A DNA stretch of 64,000 nucleotides from Lama guanicoe (Eukaryota). The position numbers were made by a program, and so were the translations under genes. The notes beneath the pieces were generated by a model. It was not told the origin of the DNA. It saw only the letters and a list, made by a program, of their open reading frames with translations, and did no database searches. Of the stretch, positions 53,171 through 64,000 are shown in pieces (position 1 is the stretch's first letter; each line of letters starts with the position of its first letter). The stretch is taken from NCBI GenBank assembly GCA_013239625.1, contig MU054212.1, forward strand, positions 7,600,270-7,664,269. The letters are read 5' to 3'.

Positions 53171-54262
53171 ACTACTATTTCTTTTTCCCTTTTTCACCCT
53201 GCAATTAGGAGAGGAAGTTTCAGGGCAACAATTCATAGGAGGCAGGTCATCCAGGGCCTAATGAATGTTTCTTTCGATATGAATTTGAGGGCCCCTGGAA
53301 TTGCATCCAGATGCAATTTTGTCTTTTCTGATGAGCAGCATGGGCCCTGGTCTGCCAAGTCCTGGCTTGACTGAATTAATCAGCCCGAGGCTGTCCCAGG
53401 GAAGCCAGCCATTCTGCAGTGACTTTCCCCATACAGATGGCCCCGTAGTCAGCCCTGAGAACGCGGAGGGAGGTCTGGCTTGGCGTTTCAGCAGCAGACT
53501 GGGTGGACAAAGGCCTGGGTGGACACATATGCCCAACCAATTGTATGGCGTCTATTTCCTGTCATTTAAACCCAGTGTCATTTATTTTTCAACTCAGAGT
53601 GTATTTTGGAGATTCAGTTTGTAGGGTATATGACACATAGTAAATTGGTACATATTATCTCAGTTCATTTGCTGGAGGACAGGTGTTCACATCACAAGAA
53701 CCAACAGCCCCACTGACAGTCATTGGTGCCTTGGCTGGCAGTCTGAGCCTAGAGGGCAAGGATTAAAAGTGCATGAAGAATGAACTAATAATAATTTCCA
53801 CACGCAGCATAGTGTGTTTCACTCGAGGCTCCCAAAGAACATGACAGGCCTTCATTCGCCCTCGCGACAGCCCTGCCTGCGCTTGCAATTACTCTCCTGC
53901 CAAAGCCAGGGAAACGAGAGCCGAGCGTGGCGGACTCCAGTTCACAGAGGGAAACAGGGGCAGGATGGGGGTTATAGACACAGGAGGCATGAATCCTTGT
54001 TCTCTCTCCTTGGAATCTCACCACTTCCATTTTCCTCTCATTTATTATTTAGCGTCTTTGCTAGGGTATTATTAAGGAACCCAGACGGGGGAATTCAACT
54101 GTGTTCAGGTTAATTAATTTCAAAATGTTTGCAAGTCTGCCTGGTGCACTAAATCACACTCAACACAAATTAAAACAAAAACAACAGCATATGCATATAT
54201 ATATATATATCATCATGGTGACCATGTTTCAGATGTATGTAGCATGCAGACAAAAATCACAA

Positions 54263-54546
54263 GACTCACAGACATGGAAAACAAATTTATGGTTACCAGC
54301 AGGGAAAGGGGTGAGGAGGGATAAAACTGGGAGTTCCAGATTTGCCGATACTACTATATATAAAATAGATAAACCACAAAGACCTACTGTATAGTGCATG
54401 GAACTATATTCAGTACTTTATAATGGCCTATAATGAAAAAGAATATGAAAAGGAATATATATATATATATATATATATGAATCACCATGCTGTACCGCAG
54501 AAATCAACACAACTTTGTAAATCGACTCTACTTCAGTTAAAAAAAA
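54263..54546 (+). mobile_element. Young L1 3' end with a (TA)n tract and near-perfect TSD
   Basis: Flanks CAAAAATCACAA (54251-54262) and CAATAATCACAA (54547-54558), with L1 3'UTR between. Confidence 0.82.
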
Positions 54547-57216
54547 CAATAATCACAACAAGCCATTGAACACACTTCTAGTAACATGCAGGCTGTATGG
54601 TTAAGTATTTCTATGTGAACGGAGGGCAGTCAGACTGGGTAGAATATAAAGATTTGTGTGAAGCAAAGAAATTCCAGAGCCTAGGTCTTATCTTAACTAC
54701 ACATCTAATGTCATTTCAGAATACTTTGCATGCTAAATTCACTTAAAAATATGAAATTAGAAAACCCGGTCCTTGTGGGTTTTGCTAATAATGAGCAGGG
54801 AGGAAAAATGGAACTTTTGCCCTGGAGCTCAGGTGAAAAGACATAATTAAAAATACTGCACTGGAAAAAGTGATTTTTACTTCCCAAGTGGCATTTGGTT
54901 TCTGCATACTTACAAATAGCCATCTAGAACAAAACCAATACGCTCAATTAAGTTCCTTCCACTTATAACAAATGCAGTTTTCTTTATCACCAGTTGGGAA
55001 ATTCCAAAGGATAAACTGAATAAAATGGAAAAAGAAATTGACTGCCACCTTCTCTTTTCAAGGGTAAGGTATGCAAACATGAAATACTTTGAGCTTTCTG
55101 ACCTTTGGGAAATTAAATTTGACCAATAACATGATGAAGGTGTACAAAGTTACGACCCACAGCAAGCAGGCAGTACGTGGTACAACTTCAGAGCACCCCA
55201 ACATATCCAAGGCTCAGAACGGAGTCCCTGAGTTTGAGCAGGTAGTGGCTTTGCATCCTGTTTTGAGAGGATAAAATGCTTTTTATATTGAATCCAATTT
55301 ATCTAGTTAACGGACCCAGTGTGAGCCGAGTATAAAATCATCTAAAAACCCTTCACAGAAGGCAAGCAGTTGTCAGCTTTTGTTTGACACAGATATCAAT
55401 TTATAATTAATGATCTCATAATTAGCATCATGATGTTTCCAACATAATTCTCATTTTAATCCAAAATGAAAGTGGAAAGAAAGGAAAAAGGGGATCCTCA
55501 GAATAGCACCACAGTGTGGGGGAGAAATACAGCTCAAAGAGAGAAGGTAGCTGGTCCCAATTAGTAGCCAGAAAATCTAGGAAGGTACACTCTAAGGACC
55601 ATGATCTTCCAATTCCCTACAAAGTCCTGGATTTTATACCACTGAGAGGTATGACTGCCCTATTTAATGAGCTTCCCCCAGAGCTACGTTCCATAGCTGA
55701 GTAGGGTGAGTTCCATTTGCAGAGTAAGCCACATAAGTAACTCTGGGACCAGATCATCAACAGGTCGACAAAAAAGGAGTCAAGCCAGGAACTCAGTGTC
55801 TCCCCAGCCTCATACTCTGCTCTAGTAACTAAGCCAGTGCGTTGCCCTGCAGACACAGTCCTCACATTGTATCCCATCTACAGTTACCACCTACTGTATT
55901 TTTTGATGTCTCAGTCCCTCCCTTGAAATTTGGCGTGCCGACTTTTCTCATTGCCTTGCCCCAGTCCCCTGCCAGGACCTGCCTGGTTCCTGAACCACGG
56001 CCTCTCCTTTGTCACCGTGATCTCTGGCTCCATCCAACCTATCAACACCTGTAGTTGTCATCAGGGAAGCCAATTCCCCAATACAAGAAAGAGGAGCAAT
56101 TGAGAATATGAAAGCAAAGAGCAGAAAGAATCTGTTTATAGTTACCGTATTATCATTGATAGTAATTTCTGACTTCTCTTCCATTTGGTCTTTGTCTTCA
56201 TCCCACTTTTTAGCGCCTGGAACAGAGGTGATCATTGAATTCACTTCCTGGCTACATGCGTCTTTTTGTTAGTCCTCTTCTCTTCCATCGATGAACACAA
56301 CAATTTATCTTCTGCTCATTAAGTCAGCTGGCGTGGGTTTGAGGTCATATGTTCACTGGAAGAAATTTAAATGATTGTGACCTTAACTCAAGAGAACAAA
56401 ACCCCTAGTCATATAAAAAATTTTACCACAGTGTGCTAAAGCCCTGTTAGGTTATCTGAAGACCAGACATGCCTTTATTCACTTTAAGACTAAGACTTGT
56501 CAAATGGATTTTGATGATTTCAATTTCCATTAAGAACATTGCCCGGTACATGCTTGTCACACCTAGAACAGTGCCTAGCACATCACATAAAAGACCCTCA
56601 ATAAACACTTGCTGAATGAATAAATTAGGTAAATAAAATGTGTTTGGATGGCAGATTTCTTCTCAATATTTTTTTCCTCTTCTTGCACTTACTGCATTAG
56701 GAACCAGAGTTTTCCATACAAAGGTAGTGAATGTCAAATAAATGAATTGATGGATGAGACCCAATAACACCGGTTATAAAATATCTGTACGATATGATAT
56801 CAAATATGTCCAAACATAGGTAAGCAAAAAATTGGAGTGGGAAATGCAGCCCCATAGGAACATAGTTATACCTGTGTTATAGGAGTGTATTTTTTCTGTT
56901 TCAATTTTTCTAAAATTAATATGGATAACTTTAATTTCTATTACCCAAATCATTGTACTCATAATAAAAATAATTTTTAAAATATCAAATGTGTTTAAAG
57001 ATAAATTCGGCCTTCATCCCAGCACTAGTCCCCAAAGATAAATGTCATTAGCACTTTGGTATGAAGTCACACACACAAATAATACATAAATATAAAATGG
57101 CTCTGTCATACCATATATACCATAGTGTATATATGCTTTTTCACTCAATGGTATGGTGTGTGTATACAGTTTGAAGTTTTTGACTGTAATAAGTGTACCA
57201 TTTCACACTTATTCAA

Positions 57217-57330
57217 TTTTTTTTTGGTGGGGGGAGGGGAGGTAATTAGGTCTATTTATTTATTTACTTTTGGAGGAAATACTGAAGATTGAACCCAGGA
57301 CCTTATGCATGCTAAGCATGTGCTCTGCCA
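57217..57330 (-). mobile_element. Camelid-type tRNA-derived SINE, 5'-truncated
   Basis: Poly(T), then GGGAGGTAATTAGG(TATT)n, then GATTGAACCCAGGACCT (B-box reverse complement), then GCATGCTAAGCATG. Confidence 0.78.
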
Positions 57331-57399
57331 GGGTTTCTTGTAATGGCAGCACCCCTGTACCAATTTTTGTCTTGGAAAGTGTAGAATGTTATGTCGTCA

Positions 57400-57770
57400 G
57401 AATCTAAAACTCTAAAACTCAGAGGTTAAAAAAAACAAAACAAAATTACACATTTCATTCACGGTATATATCCACTGTAAGTCAACTGCCTCCATGTGCT
57501 CTTCATTCTGGTGCCCAGGCTGGTTCAGAAGTCATCCCTATCTGAGATGCTGATAGTCTTGGGGCAAAGAAAAAAAAATAGCACAGGGCAGAATCCAATT
57601 TTGATGCTTCAAGCTAGTCTCTGAAAGTGACCCAACGCACTTTTGTTCACACTTCATTGGACAAAGCAAATCCCATGGTCAAGGCTGACGTCGGTTGGAT
57701 AGAGGTAAGTATTCCTTCCCCGGAGAAGGACAGTGAACATTTTAACAAAAAGTACAACCAACTATAATAA
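57400..57770 (-). mobile_element. Old MaLR LTR (MLT1J-like)
   Basis: TTCACACTTCATTGGACAAAGCAAATCCCATGGTCAAG motif. Confidence 0.55.
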
Positions 57771-58189
57771 GGTGTAACTTTCTAGCAATTAGAGATGAAT
57801 AGCTGCGTAGTGAGCAATAAAATTACCTCAACAGAAGCTGAAAAATTGTCACCACCATGATAAATATAGCTACCATTTATAAAGTACCTAATAAGAGCCT
57901 AGACCCCTGTGGCCATTTAATCTTCATAAAACCTAAGCAATGGTGGGAACGGTGGCTCGAAGAGGCACTTTACCCAAGACTCTACAGCAACTTGTGACAA
58001 GGCTGGAATTCACATCCAGATCTGTCTGAATTCAAAGTCCAGGGTTTCCCCATGCGAAACACAGTGACAGCTATAAAACAGTCTCACACATTGGGTGCAG
58101 AGTTGGACTGATACCCTCCTACACTGACTCTACCAAGATTCTTTGATTGTGGACATTTTAAATTAGAAGCTTTAAGGAAGTCTTTATTG

Positions 58190-58451
58190 GGGCTAGGATT
58201 TGGTGGATGCAAATTGGCAAAATGATATCAATTGTTAAATATTTTAAAGCATTTGTTCTGGTTGGTAAACAGCATTGTCTAAAGCTCCCCCGGGATCCTT
58301 TTTAGATGTGGTTGAGGATTCCCAAGACTGCATTTTGACTCAGCAATTAATGTGTTAATTCTACCCTAGTAGGGGGTAATCTAGAGTCAGGGCCACATCC
58401 GTGGTAACCGGTCAGTGCCTGTACTTGTAAAATATTCTCAGTATCGCCCTA
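58190..58451 (-). mobile_element. hAT-Tip100 (Arthur1-like) DNA transposon remnant
   Basis: Minus-strand end TAGGGCGATACTGAGAATATTTTACAA...GGCACTGACC resembles the Arthur1 terminus (from memory). Confidence 0.55.
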
Positions 58452-58901
58452 CTTGATGACTCTGTTGAGCTACAAGTGAGCTAAGTAGAGACTAAAACTT
58501 ACTCTGAAGGGCAAACTTAGTCAATTGGAACAGAAACTGTTCATCAAAAAATTAAGGTAAGTTAACAATTAGATATGAACTATGAAAGGGTCATGTGTTT
58601 AAAAGACTTCATGATGAAAATGCATAATTCACATCATTTAATTACAATGAATCAGATTAATAACTAAAGAGATACGTGTTTTCATTTTGTTGAGGACAGA
58701 ATGGGAACTCTGTTCAACTAGCTCCTGTTGTCTTTCTTCCAGCCTATTTTGTGTGATTGATAATATCAAATACGGTGAAAGTTAAATATTCTTCTATCAG
58801 TAATTTGTGTTAAATAGGCATCAGTTTCATGAACTCAAAATATAGTCATGTTGAAGGTTTAATTTAGCAAACAGGAGGAACACTTCAGTGTCTCCCTATG
58901 T

Positions 58902-59058
58902 CAGTGGTTCTCAGTCTTGCCTACACATGGGCTCACCTGGGAACCTGTCCAGGCCACACCCCAGAACAATTACCTGAAGGCTCCGGGGTCGTGGGACACA
59001 GGTAATTTTAAAGCTTCCCAGGTGATTCTAATGCACAGCCAAGGTTGAGGACCACCAG
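58902..59058. mobile_element. MER5A-like hAT MITE
   Basis: CAGTGGTTCTCA ... TGAGGACCACCAG inverted termini and internal CCCAGGTGATTCTAATGCACAGCC. Confidence 0.8.
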
Positions 59059-60899
59059 CCTGTATCCAAAATGCTCCCCAGTCCTTCCTTTTGGAGATTA
59101 CGTTCCTTAGGTTGGATCGACTGCATTTCCCTACTTCTCAGGTTTCTGATGTACATCTGCAAAAAGTCCCTAGAAAGGGGGAGTGGGGCGCAAATAAATC
59201 AGGAATGAGGGTGAGCAAAATCCTGGTTCACCAGGGACTGATGGCTTCCCAGGATGCGGGCTTCCAATATTAAAATCCTCCCCAGAACAACCTCCTCTGC
59301 CCTTTCTCTGGAGGTACAGCTTACTCAAGTCTATCTCTCTGGGGTCTGGGATCAAGAAATAAAGTGACAAAATGGTCAAGAGAATTGAACAATGTTGTGT
59401 CCCTTTATGAAAGAGTTTATAGTCCACAAACAGCATAGAAAGAGTGAGACCTTAGAAAGCTCTAGAGGAGTGGAAATATTTCCATCATTGTGGGTTTCAT
59501 TTTGTTGAAGCCTAAAATATTTGCACAGATAGTAGCAGTCAGCCTTTCCTTCTTAAGCCCTCAGGCACTTGATTCACTGGCCCCTGCAGGGCTAAAATTT
59601 AGCAAGCTTTGCCAAAATAGGCCAATTTCACCAGCATTAAAAAACAAACTGTTTAAGGGGCTAGACCGTTTTCAGTGGGGAGAGGAGAAATCTGCAGAAT
59701 TATTCTGTCACCTCACAGCTTTCTGTTTTTGTTATGTTTTAACCAGTTACACCCAGCCTTCTAATGTTCAGTCTCACAGAACTCAGCAACTTTTGCACAT
59801 AAAATCCTCTGCTGCTTCCAATTTGTACAGAATGCGGCGAGGTGTTTACTGGCAGTCGGACAGTTTATAGGTAACACCTGATTACAGCTCCACCAACATC
59901 GGCACGTTACCCTATTATGGTGAACTTTTCTCTGTACAGTGGTGAATGGGCCACAGACAGCTGCTGGGTTGCCTTAAGCATGACGGTGAATATTGATGGG
60001 CTTTGAGACAACCAAATAGAATGGAATTTAGCTTGCCTTCTCTCTGAATGTTTTCTGTTGAGGTATATGAAGCCATCTGCGTACTCATACTGTTTCCTAA
60101 ATCCTACTTTTCACTGTGGCACAATGATGCCCCGCAGAATGAGGTGAGCACTGCAATGCCATTTAAACTTGACTCCCACTTCTTTTTTTTTTCTTTCTTT
60201 ACTGCCACTGTCTTGCTGCTATTCCTTCTACTCTGTGCTGCTCCGTTCTCCTTCCTTATCCTGACTTCTCTCTCCCTATTTCCTCCATGTCTCGTTTCTC
60301 CTTTACTTGCACACCAGCAACTTGGCTTCAAAATGAAACGTGTTTCCTTCTGGTCTGTGAACTGACCAGTTGCCTTCTGTTACAGTCTTGGGGGCTCCTT
60401 CACACTCCTCAGCAATATTTTCCCAGGAGCCGCTCCTTCCTGTCGGTGTCTGTTTTTCTGGTTCAGGCTTCCCATATGTTTTCAAGTTCCATGAAGACTG
60501 GCGCCTGGGCTCGTGATGCTTCTTACGTTTTTGTATTTTTAAGCATCATGTTCTTCAGACAACAGAGTGCTTATCTGAGGCAGGGAAAAGTTCTATATTT
60601 TGGGAGAAGATTCCAAAAATAAATAATTATCCTCAAGTAGAAGTAATGATGGACCCGTAGTGAAGTGAAGTTGTAGATTATTACACTTAGGTATCTGATT
60701 CCACATGCATTCATTAAACACTGCTCCGGGTCAGGCACTAGGTTGGGTGTTGGAAAGCTAAAGATGAACAGGTGATGGTTCACATTCTCTGTGAAACCTC
60801 AAGTTCACCTGGGAGATAGACGTATGAACAACTACCATTTCATTTTCTTTTAAAGCTTCTGTTTACTCATCTATGAAACTCATCTTAACTTTTCAAGAC

Positions 60900-61580
60900 T
60901 TTTCATTGAAATGTAGTTGAATTACTATGTTAGTTTCAGGTGTATAGCAAAGTGATTCAGTTTTATATATATAAACATACACATATATTTTTTCTTTTCA
61001 GATTCTTTTCCATTATGTTATTACAAGAAATTGAATATAGTTCCCTGTGCTACATAGTAGATCTTTGTTGTTTATCTTTTTTATATATAGTAGTATGTAT
61101 CTGTTCATCCTCAACCCCCAGTGTTTCCCTCCCTGCCCTTTTTCCTTTGGAAACCATAGTTTGTTTTCTATGTCCATGAGTCCGTGTTTGGTTTGTAAAT
61201 AGAATTTGTATCTTTTTTTTTTGATTCCACATATAAGTGATGCTGTATGGTATTTGTCTTTCTCTGTCTGACTTACTTCTCTCAATATGACAACCTCTAG
61301 GTCTATTCATGTTGCTACGAAGGGTATTATTGGGGTGCAGGTGTCTTTTTGAATCATACTGGTCTCTGGATATATATTTTTCCATGTGCCTATTGGCCAT
61401 TTGTGTGTCTTCGTTGGAGAACTGCTTGTTTAGGTCTTCTGCCCATTTTTGGATTGGCTTGTTTGTTTTCTATTATTAAGCTATATGAGCTGCTTATATA
61501 TTCTGGAAATTAAGCCTTTGTCAGTCGATCATTTGCAAATATTTTCTCCCATTCTGTAGGTTGTCTTTTTGTTTTACAAA
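60900..61580 (-). mobile_element. Young cetartiodactyl L1 3' end with internal deletions
   Basis: Reverse-strand L1 3'UTR and ORF2 C-terminus, with jumps at about 61325 and 61378. Confidence 0.85.
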
Positions 61581-61975
61581 AGCTTTTATTTTAATATAAT
61601 GTTTTGTTAGATACCTTTTCTAGCATTATAAGCATGAGACTTCAAAAATACGCTATCAAAATGATACTATACATTTCATATATGGACATTAATCAGATCC
61701 CTTTAGAGGATTATTTGGTATTTAAATAATTTAAATATAGGATATTTGTAGTTACTATTAATCATAAAATGAAATAAAGGGACATTTGAGATCATTGAGA
61801 ATGTTGTAATCTTTTGATGATGTTACTAAGCAGTAGGAAATATGTTACATTTTGATGGAAAAGTTTATTTTTATTGGTATTTTAAACTGCTTATGAAAAA
61901 CAGACTATATCTAAAGTTATAAGTTATGAAAAATAGTAATCTAACACTTGGGTGAACATGAAACTAATATTATTC

Positions 61976-62769
61976 NNNNNNNNNNNNNNNNNNNNNNNNN
62001 NNNNNNNNNNNNNNNNNNNNNNNNNNNNNNNNNNNNNNNNNNNNNNNNNNNNNNNNNNNNNNNNNNNNNNNNNNNNNNNNNNNNNNNNNNNNNNNNNNNN
62101 NNNNNNNNNNNNNNNNNNNNNNNNNNNNNNNNNNNNNNNNNNNNNNNNNNNNNNNNNNNNNNNNNNNNNNNNNNNNNNNNNNNNNNNNNNNNNNNNNNNN
62201 NNNNNNNNNNNNNNNNNNNNNNNNNNNNNNNNNNNNNNNNNNNNNNNNNNNNNNNNNNNNNNNNNNNNNNNNNNNNNNNNNNNNNNNNNNNNNNNNNNNN
62301 NNNNNNNNNNNNNNNNNNNNNNNNNNNNNNNNNNNNNNNNNNNNNNNNNNNNNNNNNNNNNNNNNNNNNNNNNNNNNNNNNNNNNNNNNNNNNNNNNNNN
62401 NNNNNNNNNNNNNNNNNNNNNNNNNNNNNNNNNNNNNNNNNNNNNNNNNNNNNNNNNNNNNNNNNNNNNNNNNNNNNNNNNNNNNNNNNNNNNNNNNNNN
62501 NNNNNNNNNNNNNNNNNNNNNNNNNNNNNNNNNNNNNNNNNNNNNNNNNNNNNNNNNNNNNNNNNNNNNNNNNNNNNNNNNNNNNNNNNNNNNNNNNNNN
62601 NNNNNNNNNNNNNNNNNNNNNNNNNNNNNNNNNNNNNNNNNNNNNNNNNNNNNNNNNNNNNNNNNNNNNNNNNNNNNNNNNNNNNNNNNNNNNNNNNNNN
62701 NNNNNNNNNNNNNNNNNNNNNNNNNNNNNNNNNNNNNNNNNNNNNNNNNNNNNNNNNNNNNNNNNNNNN
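61976..62769. other. Assembly gap (794 N)
   Basis: Run of N. Confidence 1.
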
Positions 62770-63029
62770 AGATGTCAGAGCCCACATTTTGGGAAAGTGA
62801 TAAGGGGACACAGTAAAGCCTTCCTAGGAGGGAAAAAAAAATCTAGGACAGGGGAGAAAAATAGAGCACAGAGGGCAAAGCAAAACCCCGAGGAGTAGAA
62901 TAAAATGCACAACAAGGGCAGGAGTGCCTGAACACAGCTAACGATATGTGTACATAAGCACGAACGTGCATGTCCACCCCCATGCTCCACAAAGGGGACA
63001 AAACCAGACAACAGATTAGAGGACATCCG

Positions 63030-63520
63030 TTGTCTTGGCTTGAGTCACTCCACAGTGCTGAGCCTGAGACAAAAGCTTGCATTCAGATAGCTCCTTTTGG
63101 AAACTCACCCCAAGGAGCAAAAGTAGAGGGTAGACAAGGGTAACTGGGGGAAGGAAAAAGAAAGCAAGTCCAAGGGATGGTTATCAAACTGGTTCCCACC
63201 GTGGGCACCTGGAACTTGATGCTACCGGAGACCTCCTAAAGAACTATAGAGTGAGACTCAGAATGGTCTGCTCAGGGCAGAGGGAAATGTTCATCCACCA
63301 GCTCCTGCACCCATGGCTCAAGATTGCCCGCTGCAGGTTTGCATAAGCACCAGAATGGCTCAGCAGAATCCAAGACATCCAGATAACAGCAAAAGAAAGG
63401 GAGGAAGACTCAGTCCAGCTGATGGCACTTGCAACAGCAAATGGGATTAAAAGATGGGCAGAGAGGGTCTGAGGCAGAGCATGAGAGGCGTCTAGGGCAG
63501 CTAGCCCAGGCACTCTTGAC
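63030..63520 (-). mobile_element. ERVL-class 3' LTR (LTR16/LTR33-like)
   Basis: TGTCTTGGCTTGAG...GAGCCTGAGACAAAAG terminus motif. A purine-rich PPT-like GAGGAGCAGGTGGG precedes it on the minus strand. Confidence 0.6.
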
Positions 63521-64000
63521 ACCCACCTGCTCCTCACACCAAGTCCAAGATGGTGGTCATCTGCAGCAACTACAAAAGACTTGAACTCACTGAAACTGGA
63601 ATAAGCTTCAGCCCCAGCTGGGATAACTGACCCCAATGCCATAATTGATATTTATACCTTTTCTTCCATTACCCATGTGAACTTGTCCTTGAAATTAGAC
63701 TGCTTGACCGACGGGAAAATCCTGACTTTTATTCCCAAAGGGTCAGGACCCCTAGTTGGTTTACCCCTATTGGGCCATGGTTGCAGACACTGCCCATTTA
63801 CTTTGATCACCCTGTGTAGAAGAAACAAGACATGCTGCAGGGAGTTCCCTGGGTTTCACAAGTGGTCCTAGTAAGAACTGTCTCGCAGCGATCTTAGCCC
63901 TCTGTAGTAATTAGGTTCAGTTACTCTCACCAACATGGAAACTCCTTCCTCTGCCTGAAGACCCACTAGCAAAAGGAGCTGAACATGATCAAGTGATGGT
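63521..64000 (-). mobile_element. Decayed ERVL internal region (dUTPase / pol 3' remnant)
   Basis: Minus strand translates DHVQLLLLVGLQAEEGVSMLVRVTEPNYYRGL..* ... NPGNSLQHVLFLLHRVIKVNGQCLQPWPNRGKPTRGPDPLGIKVRIFP, resembling the ERVL dUTPase and following segment as I recall them. Confidence 0.7.

Noticed and set aside
57280..57330. tRNA-like B-box
   Set aside because: Part of a SINE; no cloverleaf or complete tRNA.
61924..62898. ORFs of 271-316 aa
   Set aside because: Artefacts of the N gap.
1..64000. CRISPR array, operon or other novel multi-gene system
   Set aside because: Eukaryotic intron and intergenic DNA with no regularly spaced repeat-spacer array and only one recognisable coding exon.

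Overview
Mammalian genomic DNA, probably from a camelid, judging by a camelid-type tRNA-derived SINE and young cetartiodactyl L1 3' ends (family calls are from memory, not a database search). The only supportable gene is the 5' end of NOL4 (nucleolar protein 4) on the minus strand. Its first coding exon (ATG at 32703, donor after 32443, 87 codons) lies in a CpG island of about 2.7 kb with an upstream CCAAT/CRE promoter near 34440-34540. Positions 1-32442 are NOL4 intron 1 (no exon 2 recognised), and positions above about 34.7 kb are upstream intergenic DNA. The rest is decayed interspersed repeat (L1, L2, MIR, MaLR/ERVL LTRs, Tigger2, hAT MITEs), microsatellites, an AT-rich tract and a 794-nt assembly gap. 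I found no convincing novel multi-gene system. The best leads are a candidate 27/30-nt NAGNAG microexon and several alternative donors in the NOL4 5' region, an inverted-repeat-bracketed CRE promoter, an L1 5'UTR fragment inserted with target-site duplications (TSDs) but no poly(A), and an in-place micro-inversion inside an L1.
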